Assembly (NCBI GenBank): GCA_021845905.1
Contig: JAJZVA010000006.1
Location: forward strand, 6,532-70,531
Direction: 5' to 3'
Source: Pseudomonadota bacterium
GTDB taxonomy: Bacteria; Pseudomonadota; Alphaproteobacteria; Micavibrionales; UBA2020
DNA: 64,000 bases
Shown here: positions 1 through 12,100 of the stretch, one piece after another
Layout of the letters: each line of letters starts with the position of its first letter
How positions within the stretch are numbered: the first letter of the stretch is position 1
Made by a program: the position numbers and the translations under genes
Notes under the pieces: model-generated
What the model was told of the DNA's origin: nothing
Databases searched by the model: none
What the model saw: the letters and a program-made list of their open reading frames with translations, nothing else

Positions 1-109
<109 letters not shown>

Positions 110-112
110 ACC

Positions 113-1390
113 ATGTCGCGCGCATATCAATCCGGCTTCGGCAATACGTTTGAAACAGAAGCCGTCAAAGGCGCGCTGCCCCGCGAACAAAATTCGCCGC
201 AGCAACCGCCGCACGGGCTTTATGCCGAGCAGCTCAGCGGCTCGGCCTTCACCGTGCCGCATAAAAACCAGCAGCGCACGTGGCTCTACCGCATTCTGCC
301 GTCGGTGAAGCATCTGCCGTTCACGCTTTATCAAAAGCCGGATGAAACGCCCACCCCCGCAACGCCGAACCAGCTCCGCTGGGACCCGCTGAAGTCGCCG
401 ACAAAAAAAACCGACCTGATCGACGGCTTGATGACCATGGCCAAGGGCGGCGATCTGCACAGCTGGGCGGGGCTCGCCGCGCACCGCTATGCGGCGAGCG
501 CGCCGATGAAGAACCGCACTTTCTACAATGCCGACGGCGAGATGCTGTTTGTACCCGAGCAGGGCGGGATAATTTTCCGCACCGAAATGGGCGTGCTGGA
601 CGTCAAACCCGGAGAAATCTGCATCATCCCGCGCGGCGTCAAGTTCGCCGCAGACCCGGCGGAGAAAACCGCCCGCGGTTACATTTGTGAAAATTACGGC
701 GCGCCGTTCACCCTGCCCGACCTCGGGCCGATCGGCGCGAACGGCCTCGCCCATCCGCGGCATTTCCTTTATCCCGTCGCGGCCTATGAAGACAAAAAGG
801 GCGACTTCGAAATGATCGCCAAGTTCGACGGCGCGCTATGGACGGCGAAGATCGACCACTCGCCGCTCGACGTCGTCGCGTGGCACGGCAATTACGCGCC
901 GTACAAATACGACCTCGCGCTGTTCAACGTCATGAACACGGTGAGTTTCGATCACGCCGATCCGTCGATCTTCACCGTGCTGACCTCGCCGAGCGGCACG
1001 GCCGGCGTCGCCAACGTCGATTTCGTCATCTTCCCGCCGCGCTGGTCGGTGGCCGAGCATACCTTCCGCCCGCCCTATTTCCACCGCAACGTCATGAGCG
1101 AGTTCATGGGGCTGGTGCACGGCGTTTACGACGCGAAGGAAAGCGGCGGCTTCGTGCCCGGCGGCTGCTCGCTGCACAATTGCATGTCGGCGCACGGCCC
1201 TGACGCGGGCGTGGTCAGGCATGCCTCAACCGTTGACCTCAAACCGATGGAGATGAAAGATACCCTCGCCTTTATGTTCGAGAGCCGCTACGTCATGCGC
1301 CCCACCGCAAACGCCATGAAGGATACGTTGCAAAAAGACTATTACAAATGCTGGCAGAGCCTGCAGAAGATGTTCAAGGAAAAAAAATGA
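113..1390 (+). CDS. hmgA: Homogentisate 1,2-dioxygenase
   Basis: Motifs [56 protein letters not shown]. Confidence 0.97.
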   Translation: MSRAYQSGFGNTFETEAVKGALPREQNSPQQPPHGLYAEQLSGSAFTVPHKNQQRTWLYRILPSVKHLPFTLYQKPDETPTPATPNQLRWDPLKSPTKKTDLIDGLMTMAKGGDLHSWAGLAAHRYAASAPMKNRTFYNADGEMLFVPEQGGIIFRTEMGVLDVKPGEICIIPRGVKFAADPAEKTARGYICENYGAPFTLPDLGPIGANGLAHPRHFLYPVAAYEDKKGDFEMIAKFDGALWTAKIDHSPLDVVAWHGNYAPYKYDLALFNVMNTVSFDHADPSIFTVLTSPSGTAGVANVDFVIFPPRWSVAEHTFRPPYFHRNVMSEFMGLVHGVYDAKESGGFVPGGCSLHNCMSAHGPDAGVVRHASTVDLKPMEMKDTLAFMFESRYVMRPTANAMKDTLQKDYYKCWQSLQKMFKEKK

Positions 1391-2373
1391 AACTCGCTTC
1401 ACTGAAACAGGGTCGCGACGGCAAACTGGTCGTCGTCAGCAAGGATCTGGGCAAATACGCCGACGCAGGCGCCATCGCGCCGACGCTGCAGGCCGCGCTC
1501 GACGACTGGACGGCGGCAAGCCCGAAGCTCGAAGCGCTGTATAAAGATCTCAACGCAGGCAAGGCCGCCGCGTCTGATTTCGACCCCGCCGCATGCGCCA
1601 GTCCTCTGCCCCGCGCCTATCAATGGCTGGACGGCAGTTCGTATGTCAACCACGTCGAGCTGGTGCGCAAATCGCGCGGCGCGGAAATGCCACCGAGCTT
1701 CTGGACCGACCCTCTGATGTATCAGGGCGGATCCGACAGTTTTCTCGGGCCTTGCGACGATATCGCAATGCAGAGCGAAGACTGGGGCATCGATTTCGAG
1801 GGCGAAGTCGCCGTGATCACCGACGACGTGCCGATGGGTACGCCCGCCGCCGACGCGGGCCAACACATCCGGCTCCTTCTGCTGGTGAACGACGTCTCTT
1901 TGCGCGGCCTTACCAAGGACGAACTCGCCAAGGGCTTCGGCTTCGTGCAATCCAAGCCGTCGACCGCGTTTTCGCCCGTCGCCGTCACGCCCGACGAACT
2001 GGGCGACGCCTGGAAAGACGGCAAAGTCCACCTGCCGCTGGTCTCGACGCTCAACGGAACCCCGTTCGGGCGCCCGAACGCCGGCATCGACATGGTGTTC
2101 GATTTCGCGCAACTGATCGCCCACGGCGCGAAATCCCGCCCGCTCTGCGCGGGAACGATCGTCGGCTCCGGCACGGTCTCGAACGTCGACCGCAGCGCGG
2201 GATCGTCGTGCATCGTCGAGCGCAGATTGCTGGAAAAGATCAACGACGGCGCGATCAAAACCCCGTTCATGAAATTCGGCGACAGCATCAAAATCGAAAT
2301 GTTCGGCGCGGACGGCGCATCCATCTTCGGCGCGATCGACCAGACGGTGAAACAATATAAATACGGCAGTTAA
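1387..2373 (+). CDS. Fumarylacetoacetate hydrolase family protein
   Basis: [12 protein letters not shown] start overlapping the hmgA stop (ATGA); motifs [39 protein letters not shown]. Confidence 0.93.
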   Translation: MKLASLKQGRDGKLVVVSKDLGKYADAGAIAPTLQAALDDWTAASPKLEALYKDLNAGKAAASDFDPAACASPLPRAYQWLDGSSYVNHVELVRKSRGAEMPPSFWTDPLMYQGGSDSFLGPCDDIAMQSEDWGIDFEGEVAVITDDVPMGTPAADAGQHIRLLLLVNDVSLRGLTKDELAKGFGFVQSKPSTAFSPVAVTPDELGDAWKDGKVHLPLVSTLNGTPFGRPNAGIDMVFDFAQLIAHGAKSRPLCAGTIVGSGTVSNVDRSAGSSCIVERRLLEKINDGAIKTPFMKFGDSIKIEMFGADGASIFGAIDQTVKQYKYGS

Positions 2374-2828
2374 ACCAACCCGCGTTTTTTGCACGCCCGC
2401 AACGCCCATGCGGCGTATGGCATTATTTTAGGATGCGCCAGCGCGGCGTCAACCGTATCGAAGGTGATAGGCTCGGCTTCGTAGCATCCCGTGATGGTTT
2501 TGCCCTTGTCCTGCCAGAAATAAATATGGATGATTTCGCTGTGCTGCGTCATGCCTTCGGTCACGGCGTCAATGAAGACAAGGTCTTCCGGCGCTATTTT
2601 CGCGCCCGTTTCTTCGTTCAACTCGCGGATGACGCCCTGCTCCGCCGTTTCGCCCGCTTCCACATGGCCGCCGAAAAGACTGACGACGCCGGCATGGCTA
2701 CCCCAGTTTTCCGGCCTGCGTTGCAGATAAAGCTTGCCGTCGTGCGTCAGCACGACGCAATCGGCCAAATGCTTTTTGTAGGATTTCAAATCCGCCGTGG
2801 AAAGATCGACGCGTCTGATCTCGTCCAA
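2370..2828 (-). CDS. NUDIX hydrolase
   Basis: Nudix box GGHVEAGETAEQGVIRELNEETG; TTG start 6 nt after the nusG stop. Confidence 0.88.
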   Translation of the reverse strand: MDEIRRVDLSTADLKSYKKHLADCVVLTHDGKLYLQRRPENWGSHAGVVSLFGGHVEAGETAEQGVIRELNEETGAKIAPEDLVFIDAVTEGMTQHSEIIHIYFWQDKGKTITGCYEAEPITFDTVDAALAHPKIMPYAAWALRACKKRGLV

Positions 2829-2834
2829 AGAGGC

Positions 2835-3371
2835 TTAAACCTTCTCGACCTGCGTGAATTCCAGTTCGACCGGCGTGGAACGCCCGAAGATCGAGACCAG
2901 AACCTTGAGGCGGCTCCTGTCTTCGTCGATTTCCTCGACCGTGCCGTTGAAGGAGTTGAACGGTCCGTCGCAGACGCGCACCTGTTCGCCGATGTCGAAC
3001 GTGATGCTCGGACGCGGACGCTCCGCCCCTTCGACGACCTGCTGCAAGAGGCGCTGGGCCTCGCCTTCGGTGATCGGGGACGGCTTGTTACCGCCGCCGC
3101 CGAGGAAGCCGGTGACTTTCGGCGTGTTCTTGACGAGGTGCCACGCGTCGTCGTTCATCTCCATCTTCACCAGCACGTAGCCGGGGAAGAACTTGCGCTC
3201 GGCATTGACCTTCTGGCCGCGGCGCACTTCGACGACTTCTTCCGTCGGCACCATCACTTCCTCGATGAACTGGTCGAGGCCGCGCTTTTCAGCGGTTTCC
3301 TTGATGCTCGCGGCGACTTTCTTTTCGAAGCCGGAATAAACATGCAGTACGTACCAACGCTTGGTCATCAT
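2835..3371 (-). CDS. nusG: Transcription termination/antitermination factor NusG
   Basis: [23 protein letters not shown] region [20 protein letters not shown]; start at 3371 or 3368, not the longer ORF-track start that runs into the tRNA. Confidence 0.97.
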   Translation of the reverse strand: MMTKRWYVLHVYSGFEKKVAASIKETAEKRGLDQFIEEVMVPTEEVVEVRRGQKVNAERKFFPGYVLVKMEMNDDAWHLVKNTPKVTGFLGGGGNKPSPITEGEAQRLLQQVVEGAERPRPSITFDIGEQVRVCDGPFNSFNGTVEEIDEDRSRLKVLVSIFGRSTPVELEFTQVEKV

Positions 3372-3565
3372 TTCGCCCCTAATGCAAGAATCAATTTGAC
3401 GGCCTCGGAGATCACTCCGTCCGCCGCCATCAAAATCATCGCCACGATAAAGATCATGATGAAGACGATCACCGTCGTCACCACGGTTTCCTTCTGCTTC
3501 GGCCAGGTGACCTTGCGGCCTTCCTGCTTCGTTTCGCGGAAAAACTCCGCCAGACTCTTCGACAT
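3368..3565 (-). CDS. secE: Preprotein translocase subunit SecE
   Basis: [15 protein letters not shown] plus one TM helix; located between tRNA-Trp and nusG. Confidence 0.95.
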   Translation of the reverse strand: MSKSLAEFFRETKQEGRKVTWPKQKETVVTTVIVFIMIFIVAMILMAADGVISEAVKLILALGAK

Positions 3566-3595
3566 CCTTTATCGTTCCTTTTCTCGTCTTTTTCG

Positions 3596-3671
3596 TGGCA
3601 GGGGCGGAGGGACTCGAACCCGCAACATCCGGTTTTGGAGACCGGTACTCTACCAATTGAGCTACACCCCT
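3596..3671 (-). tRNA. trnW: tRNA-Trp (CCA)
   Basis: Reverse complement AGGGGTGTAGCTCAATTGGTAGAGTACCGGTCTCCAAAACCGGATGTTGCGGGTTCGAGTCCCTCCGCCCCTGCCA: cloverleaf, anticodon CCA, encoded CCA end. Confidence 0.97.
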
Positions 3672-3960
3672 TTAAGTGCCTTGCTCCCTGTTAGCAAACC
3701 TCGCTCCGAAAGGCCGGATGTGAAGATTTTCTAATTGTCAGGGGATATGACCAGTTTTTTAACCCAATCACCGCAGGAAAGCCAGAAAAATATAGAAACA
3801 GGCGAATATTTTATTTTCAGCGCCTGAAAAATATTCTGATTATATTATTCATAATGTTAAATTATTGTTTTAGATATTCGATTAAGTAAAGAAGATATTT
3901 ACAATGCCTTTGTCCATGGCGCAGTATTTCAAGACAAACCCGTTATAAAAGGAGGATGTG

Positions 3961-4608
3961 ATGTCCGATCTGGATCCTTTATTTGATAACAACCGCCGCT
4001 GGGTCAGTGAATGCCTGCTGGATGATCCGGACTATTTCAGCCGTCTCGCCGCGTTGCAGGCGCCCAAATACCTGTGGATCGGCTGCTCGGACAGCCGCGT
4101 GCCCGCCAACCAGATCATCGGGCTGATGCCAGGCGAGGTCTTCGTTCACCGCAACATCGCCAATCTCGTCGTCCATACGGACATGAACGCCCTCTCCGTC
4201 ATCCAGTTCGCGGTGCAGTATCTCAAGATCGAACACATCATCGTTTGCGGCCACTACGGCTGCGGCGGCGTCCGCGCGGCGTACGAAAACAACCAGCTCG
4301 GCCTGCTTGACAACTGGCTCAGGAACATCAAGGACATCTACCACGCGCACAGCGAGGAGCTGGAAGCCATCGCCGATCCGCAGCAAAAGATGAACAGGCT
4401 TTGCGAAATCAACGTGATGGAACAGGTCAGCAACGTCTGCCACACGACTTTCGTGCAGAACGCCTGGACCAATGGGCACAAGCTCTCCGTTCACGGCATC
4501 ATCTACGACATCCACAACGGCCTGCTGCGCGACCTTTCGATCCGCGTCAACGGCGCGGCGCAAATCGACGACATTTATCAGATGTCGCCAAAAAAAAAGA
4601 CCGCGTAA
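3961..4608 (+). CDS. can: Beta-class carbonic anhydrase
   Basis: WIGCSDSRVP, FVHRNIAN, VCGHYGCGG zinc ligands; GGAGG RBS before ATG 3961. Confidence 0.95.
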   Translation: MSDLDPLFDNNRRWVSECLLDDPDYFSRLAALQAPKYLWIGCSDSRVPANQIIGLMPGEVFVHRNIANLVVHTDMNALSVIQFAVQYLKIEHIIVCGHYGCGGVRAAYENNQLGLLDNWLRNIKDIYHAHSEELEAIADPQQKMNRLCEINVMEQVSNVCHTTFVQNAWTNGHKLSVHGIIYDIHNGLLRDLSIRVNGAAQIDDIYQMSPKKKTA

Positions 4609-4629
4609 CGTAAAATAGCCTTGAAAAAG

Positions 4630-5589
4630 CTACATTTCCATTACCTTGGTCATGTCAAGACCAAGACGCGGAGAGACCACCTTGCGCACCAGCCAGATGG
4701 ACGCCAGCGCCAGCGCGACGCCGCCCCATAAATCCGCGAAGTGATGCCCGCCGATGGCCGGTGTCGACAGAAACAGCAGGATATTGATCTCCAGAAACGT
4801 GATGAACAAAATGGGGAACCCGCGCGCGGCGTAGGTCAGCAAGATCGCCAGCGCGACGTGAAATGACGGAAACTGGATGATCCCCTGTATCGGCTGGTTG
4901 CCGATGATCTTGATCGCGCCGTTATGCAACCCCAGAAAAACCTGCACATAGGGGCGGTTCGCCTCGATGTGATAATAGCCGAAAGCCCCCGCGGCGGGCC
5001 AGATCGCCGAAAGGATCAGGCACCCCGTGCAGGAGACGACGAAGAGCCAGATCACCTCCCAGCCGCGCGCGCAAAACCCTTTGAAATTGAGCATCATGAT
5101 GACGAACAGCAACTGCGGGATCAGCGACGCATAAGCCGTCAGGAACAGCGCCTCGATATGCGGGTGCGCCGCGACCCAGCGGTAGCAGGCAATCCAGTTC
5201 AGCCCCAGCGCGCGGTCCGCCGCGGCAAGCTGGGCATCGAACAGCGGGCGATGAACCGTCGCTGCGATGTAGCTCGCGATCGCGCCCGAGCAGGTATAGG
5301 CGAGAAGGATCGCCATCATGTGCGTCATCTCGGCGATGCGCGGGCTGCGGCGCACGCAGCTGTAAATGAACGATATGCCCATGATGATCGAAATCGCGGC
5401 GACGTTGGCGATCAGCGCGTGCAACACAAGCGACATGCCCTGCACCTTCAGCCCGATGGCGTCGGCGACGATCATCAGCCCGATCACCGACCAGATGGCG
5501 CGGGCATTGGCCGGCATCTCCGTTTTGAAGACATGCGTTTTTTTCCAGTCTTTCAGTTTTTCGAGCATGGCGAAGTTCCCTGTTCCCAT
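4630..5589 (-). CDS. PAP2 superfamily membrane protein (Aur1/Ipt1-like phosphatase or phosphotransferase)
   Basis: Multiple TM helices, D.ALGLNW, FPSFHVA and GGHHFADLWGG motifs. Confidence 0.82.
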   Translation of the reverse strand: MGTGNFAMLEKLKDWKKTHVFKTEMPANARAIWSVIGLMIVADAIGLKVQGMSLVLHALIANVAAISIIMGISFIYSCVRRSPRIAEMTHMMAILLAYTCSGAIASYIAATVHRPLFDAQLAAADRALGLNWIACYRWVAAHPHIEALFLTAYASLIPQLLFVIMMLNFKGFCARGWEVIWLFVVSCTGCLILSAIWPAAGAFGYYHIEANRPYVQVFLGLHNGAIKIIGNQPIQGIIQFPSFHVALAILLTYAARGFPILFITFLEINILLFLSTPAIGGHHFADLWGGVALALASIWLVRKVVSPRLGLDMTKVMEM

Positions 5590-5682
5590 ATGCAGCCGTC
5601 CGGGCGCGATTTTTCAATCCGCCTCAAACATGATACAGTCAAAAAACGGAAAACGGCTAAATATTCTTCTGAAAGGCATAAA

Positions 5683-6168
5683 ATGGGCTATATCGAAAAA
5701 GACCTTCTCGATGGCGAACAGATCATTTACAGCGGCCACCTCCACTGGCGGATTTACGTGCCGGGATTTTTCCATCTGATCATGACGTTTGTGCTGTCGG
5801 TCGGCGCGGACAAGCTGCGCATGCCCGTCCTTTACCTGCTGGCGGCTTTTTTCCTGCTGTGGTCGGTATTCTCGCTCGTCAACGCCGCGATCACCAAAAG
5901 CTCGACCGAGCTCGCCGTCACCAACAAGCGCGTCATCTTCAAAACCGGACTCTTCAGCCGCCGCACCATGGAGCTCAGCCATCACCGCATCGAAAGCATC
6001 AGCGAAAACCAGCCGATCATGGGGCGGATTTTCAACTATGGCACGATTCTCGTCGAGGGCACCGGCGGCGGACAGGAATGGCTCGACAACATCGCCGACC
6101 CGCTGACGTTCAAAAAACACGCGCAAGCCGCGGCGGAAGACGCCGTGTCGTCCAATGGCGGAAAATAA
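5683..6168 (+). CDS. Membrane protein with bacterial PH (bPH_2/YdbS-like) domain
   Basis: Two TM helices then ELAVTNKRVIFKTGLFSRRTMEL...IESI...Q..MGRIFNYGTI. Confidence 0.85.
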   Translation: MGYIEKDLLDGEQIIYSGHLHWRIYVPGFFHLIMTFVLSVGADKLRMPVLYLLAAFFLLWSVFSLVNAAITKSSTELAVTNKRVIFKTGLFSRRTMELSHHRIESISENQPIMGRIFNYGTILVEGTGGGQEWLDNIADPLTFKKHAQAAAEDAVSSNGGK

Positions 6169-6189
6169 AGATTTTACCGGCGCGGCGGT

Positions 6190-9100
6190 TTATTTATGCG
6201 GCGCGCTGCCCAGTTGTTTCTGCCAGTTCGCCAGAGCCGAGAGCATTTTGGCCTTTTCAGCCTGAGTCAGCGCGGGATCGTTCTTGATCTTGTCCGCCAT
6301 GGCGCTGAACTTCTGCGCCCGCGAAAGGCCCGCGTTGTTCTCGATCGCGCTGAAGCTCTTTTCCAGCTTCGCCGCCGCGGGGGACTTGGCGATGTTCTTC
6401 GAGATGATCTGCGACGTCTGAACGCTCACCCCCGCGCCCGCTTCGCTCAGGCCCAGCTTGCCGTGAACGCCGACGGTGCTCTTTTGCTCGATCCCGCCCT
6501 TGGCGTTGACGCTGGCCTGTCCGTCCGCGCTGAGCTTGCTGCCCTGCAGGGTGGTCTTGCCGCCGGAATTGATGGTCAGATTGCCGCCGCTGCTCATGTC
6601 CGTTCCGCCGTAGCTCGAGTTCCCGCTCGCGCCGAGTTGCGAAAGCCCGCCTCTGGTCTTGCTTTCCGATTTGCCGCCGTTCGGAAGCTTGGGGTTGTTG
6701 GCCTGCGACGTCGTGGTCTTGCTCGCGGCCACGCCGATGCCGATGCCGCCTTCGAAACCGTGGCTGTGCGTGGCTTCGAGGTTGACGTTGCCGCCCGCGT
6801 TGACGGTGGTGTCGCCCTGGCTGCTGGTCTTCGTTCCGACCAGCGTGGTGTCATTGCCGGAATTGATGTTGATGCTGCCCGCGTTGATGCTGCCGCCGGT
6901 CTCGTCCGTCTGGTTGCCGCCCGAAACGCCGAAGCTGAAGGACCCCTTGTTTTCCTTTTCGGTTTTAGGCTGGCTGCTGGACTTGCTGTCGCGCGACGTC
7001 TTGGTCGACGTGCCGCCGCCGATGCTGCCGCCGACGCCGAAGGAATGCGAGGTGTTCTTGGTCGCGGTGAAGTTGACGTTGTGCTTGGCGCTGAGCGACG
7101 TTTCGCCGGTGGAGGCGATATTGGTGCCCTGCAGGTTCACGTCGTGGCCGGAGCTGATATTGACGGAGCCGCCGGAATTGATGTTCGAGGCCGCCTCCAT
7201 GGTGCTGCCGCTGTTGTTGTAGCCGCCGCTCAGGGAGAAATTTCCGCCCGAGGAGTTTTCGCTCGTGCCCTTGTTGGTATCGGACTTGGTGCCTTTGCTG
7301 CCGCCGATGCTGCCGCCGACGTTGAAGCCGCTGGAGCTGGAGGTGCTTTTGGCCGCGTTGAAGCTGACGTCGCCCTTGGCCGCGACGCTGGCGTTGCCGC
7401 CGGATGAAAGGTTGGTGCCTTCGAAGGTGGCGTTTTTGCCCGACGAAACGCTGAGGTTTCCGCCGGATGTGATCGAACCGGCGACGGCGTCGTTCTCGCT
7501 GCTGGTGGAGGTGTTGTAGCCGCCGCTGAGGCTGAAACCCTGGCTCGATCCGCTCTTGCCGCCGTTGCCGCCCTTGGAAGCGGAAATGCTGCCGCCGACG
7601 TTGAAGCCGTTGCTCGTGCTCGTTTTGGTGTCGTGCGCGGCGCTGAAGTTGACGTTGCCGCCGGCGTTGATGCCCGCGTCGCCGCCCGCCGCGAGGTTCG
7701 TGCCTTCGAAGTTGGCGTCGCCCTTGGTGTTGACGTGCAGGTTGCCGCCCGCGTTGAGCCCGCCGACGACCGCGTCGCTCTCGCTGCCGGAACTGCTGTC
7801 CTGCCCGTAGCTGCCGCTCAGGCTTCCGGTGACGGCATGCGTCGCATCGACGCCCACTTTAAGGTCGGCGTTGATTTTGCTGCCGGAAGTCGTGTAGGAG
7901 GACGTGTTTTTCGCCGCCGTGTAGTTGAGCGTGCCCGCGTTCAGCGTCATGTCTCCGCCGGAAGACATATTGGTGCCCTGGAGCGACGCCGTGCCGCTGG
8001 TATTGGTCGTGACGTTGCCGCCGGCGTGGATATTCGAGACCACGGCATTGCTTGTGTTTGAAGTGCTGGCGCTGTTGCTGCCGGAATAGGACGCCTCGAG
8101 ACCGGCGGAGGCGTCGGCTCCCGCGTTCGTATCCGCGCCCGTCAGGTCGCTCGCGCCCGCCGAAGCGCCCGCGTTGGCGTCCGCATAAAGGCCGAGTTTC
8201 GCCGTGTTGGTGTCCGACGTGCTCGACGAGAAGCTGGTGTTCTGCGCCGCCGTGCTTTCCCATGTTTTCGAGGACTGGCTGAAGTTGCCGCCCGCGTTGA
8301 TTTGCGTGCCTTGATCATTGATGTCGTTCGAGGCGTTGCGGGTCAGGTTGCCGCCCGCGCTGATCATGCTGGTCTCGGCCGTGGTCGTGCCTTCGACGCT
8401 GCCCGTGGTGGTGTTGGTGCCGTAAAGCCCGACGCCCGCGTTGGCGTCCGCGCCCGCGGATGCGTCGGCGTTGGCGAGCATGCCGTTGGCGTCCGCGCCC
8501 GCGCCCGCCTGCGCGTTGGCCCCGGCCGAGGCGTAAAGGCCGACGGAGGTGTTGCTGTCCGTCTTCGTCTCGGTGTGGCTGTCCTGCGCCGCCGTGAAGC
8601 TCATGTTGGTGGCGTTCAGCGTCGCGTTACCGCCCGCGGCCAGTTTGGAGCCGTTGACGTTGAGGTCGTTCTGCGCGTTGAGGTTGAGATTGCCGCCCGA
8701 AGTGATGCCGCTGCCGGTGTGCGTGATGTTCGTCACGTCATCCGTGCTCTGGTCGTTCTGCACCAGAGCGAGCGTATTGTCACTGTTGGCGTTCGCGCTC
8801 GCATTCGCGTTCGCGCCCGCCGAGGGGTTGCCGTTGCCGCCCTGCGCCGCGTCCGCGTTCGCGCCCGCGTTCGCGTCGGCATTGTTGTCGCTGGTGCCGT
8901 AAAGGCCCGTCTTGGTGTCGGTCGTCGTCGTCGTGGTCGTGTCGATGTTCTGCGCCGCGAGGACGTTGACGTTCCTGGCGTTGACGTTGGCGTCGCCGCC
9001 CGCATTGACGTTCGAGCCGACGAGGTTGACGTTATTCCTGGCGTTGATGTTCATGTTGCCGCCGCTGGAGAGCGAGGAACCGGCCGCCGTCGAGGTATAG

Positions 9101-12100
9101 TGCGTCGTCGAGGTCGTGTTGGTGTCGGAGAACGTCAGCCCGCCCTGATCCGTGTTGCCGGCGTTCGCGTCGGCATTGACGCCCGCGCCGGCGTGGCCGC
9201 CTTCATCGGCGTTGTTGCCGCTGTCCGAGCTCGCGCCCGAGCTTGCGCCGGAGCTGTTGCTGCTGGTGCCGTTGTCGACCTTGAGGAAGCTGGTGGTGCT
9301 GGTGGTGGTCGTGTGCGTTTCGGTGTTGCGTCCCGCGAGGACGTTGACGTCGGTGGCGTTGACGTTCATGTCGCCGCCCGCGTGCGCGTTGCTGCCGCGC
9401 AAGGTCAGGTCGCCGCCCGCGTTCAGCGTCGCGTTGCCGCCGAAGTTGACGTTGGAGGCGACGCTGGTGCCCTTGCTGTCCGTATCCGTCGTGGTGCTTG
9501 TGCCGTAAACACCGCCGCCGACGCCCGCGCCGCTCGTCGTCGAGCTGCTGGACGTATCCGACGTGTTCTGACCGTCAAGAATATTGATGTTGCCGCCCGC
9601 CGTCACCGAGCCGTCGCCGGTTACATTGACATTACTGCCCTGGATGGTGGTGTCGCCGCCGCTGTTGCTGGTCAGGTTGCCGCCGACGGTGAGGCCAGAG
9701 CCGATGTTCGTGCCCGTGGTCGTCGTCGTGCTGCTGCTGCTGGAATCAAGGCCGGAACCGCTCGCGCTGCTGGTCGAGCGCGACTCTTTGTCCTCGATGT
9801 TGGTAAAGGTGATGTTGCCGCCCGCGTTGAGGCTCGCGTTGCCGCCCGCGCTCACCTGCGCGCCGGTATTCGTGATGTCGTTCTTGGCGTTCATCGAAAG
9901 GTTGCCGGTCGAGGAGATGCCCGCCGTCCTGCCGATGACGGTATGCTCGTCGCCGGTGCCGCCTGTCGTCGTCGCCGTCGTCTGGTTGATGATGCTGCCG
10001 TCGGTCGAGGCGAGGCTGACGTTGCCGCCCGTGATCGTGCCGTCGGTATTGGTGATGTTGCCCTGCGACTGGATGTTCAGGCTGTTGCTGCCCGAAATCG
10101 TGCCGCCGGCGTTGTTGAGCGAAGTCAGATTCATGTTGGCGTTGGCCGCCGCGATGACCGTGCCGCCCGCGATTTGCGACTGCGTCGCCGCGCTTAAGTA
10201 AACCACCGGCGCGAGGACGTGCTGGCCGTCGACGACCGTGTCCACCATCCACACCATGTTGGATTTCAGCCCCGCGAGCTGCTGTTTCGTCGGCGCGACG
10301 CCGATCGTGAGGCCGAGGGATTTGCCTTGCGTGACGCCGTTGTCCATCAACTGCTGCATGGCGGCGGCCTGATCGCCCGTGCCGAGGATCGCGGCGGCGC
10401 CGTCGTTCAGCACCTGCGTTTTGATCAGGCTGGCTTCGTAGTTCGCGTCGCCGAGGCGGCGCTCGACGGAATCCGGATCGACGCCGTAGGCCTTGATCAT
10501 GTAGTTCGAACCAAGGAACGACGAGCCGACCTGATACATCGGGTTCGTCTCGATCAGCGGACCGATGCCGGGGTTCGGATTGACGATGAAATAGCCGTTG
10601 GGATTGGTCGGCAGCGTGATGCTGATCCCGCCGAGGGAGAAGGTCGACGCGCCCGAGGTCGACGACACGCTGCCGGACAATGTGTCGGAGTTGGTGGCCG
10701 TCTTCGTGCCCGCCGCCTGCGGCGTGGTCGAATTCGTCGTGTTGCCGACGTTGTCGAGCGAGAAGCCGCTCATGTTCAGCGTGCCCGCGTAGATGCCCGT
10801 GTTCGGCGCTGTTTCGCTCGATGACGTCTCGGTGGGCGCATAGGTCGTCGTATCCTCGTTGTAAGTGAAGCAGAGCGTGCCGCAATAGCCGTGGTACGTC
10901 GTTTGCTGCTGCCAGTTGTCGGTCGTCAGGCCGTAATCGTCATTGGTGAAGGTCGCGCCGGGCTGCGTGGTGGAAATATTGACGGTCTGGCCGGAGATGA
11001 TGCCGTAGAGGTTGAGGCCCGTCGCGAAGTTGCTGATATTCAGCGTGCCATCCGCCACAAGCTCCGGCTTGTGCGTCGGCGCAGTGACGTAATACTGTGC
11101 GTTCGACCAGGTCGTGGTGTCCGTTTTCGTCGTGTTGTTGGTGCAGAGACTTGAGGAACTGCACCAGTCGCCGTTCGACCAGCCCGTGCTGGATGTCGTA
11201 TTGTTCTGGTTGTAGCTCCAGGCGCGCTGGTCGCCTCCGGTCGGTTCATTGAAGAAATAGGGCGCGTCGACCGTCAGGTTGCCCGTCGCGTCGATATTGT
11301 TGTTGTTGATGAAATCGTAACTCGCGGAAATGCTGATATTGCCGCCGTTGATCGTGCCTTGGTCTTCGTTGGTGAAGGAATTGCCGACCGATTTCGCGGT
11401 CAGCGAGGCGCCGCCGTAGAGCGCGCCGTAGTTCAAGAAGCCGCCGCCGTTTGCAGTGACGATCAGGTTGCCGGTGGCGGCGATGCCGCCGGTCGTCGTG
11501 TTGTAGATGTAGGGCGCGGTCACTTCAAGGTCGCCGCCCGAGAAAAGCGCGCCCGCGTTGGTCAGCCCGCCGCTGAAAGTGTACGCGCCCGTGCCGCTGC
11601 CCGATTGCCCCGCGATCATCGCTGAGCCGGAGCCGCCCATGGAGATGAAATCAACCGTTGCCGTCAGGTCGTGACCGGCGATGACTTTAGCGTTGTTGGC
11701 GAGCGTCAGCGTGCCATTGGTGACGTCGAGCGTCATGTCGCCGTTCGACTGCAGCGTGCCGTTGTCGACCAGCTGGCCTTTTGCATCGATCGTGCCGCTG
11801 CCGGAAGACGAATTCGCGACGTTGATAAGAGCGCCGCTGTCGTTGGTCAGCGTGCCTGCCGTGGTAATCGAGCTTGTTCCGCTGCCGCCCTGTATCGTGC
11901 CGCCGTTGGTCAGCGTATCGATGCTCATGCTCAAGGCATTGCCGAGCAGCGTGCCGTTTTGCGTCAGGTCGATGTTGTTGAAGCCCGTGCTGTCGTTGAT
12001 CTGCAACGTGCCGCCGGACTGAATTGTCGCGCCGCTGTTGTTGGTGATGCCGAGCGTCGCGCCGTTCCATCTGGGGGCGATCGAGAGATCGCCGGAAGCG

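Noticed and set aside
5683-6168. PH-domain gene as the immunity gene of the TpsA
   Set aside because: It is convergent rather than co-transcribed and belongs to a widespread family with no evident link
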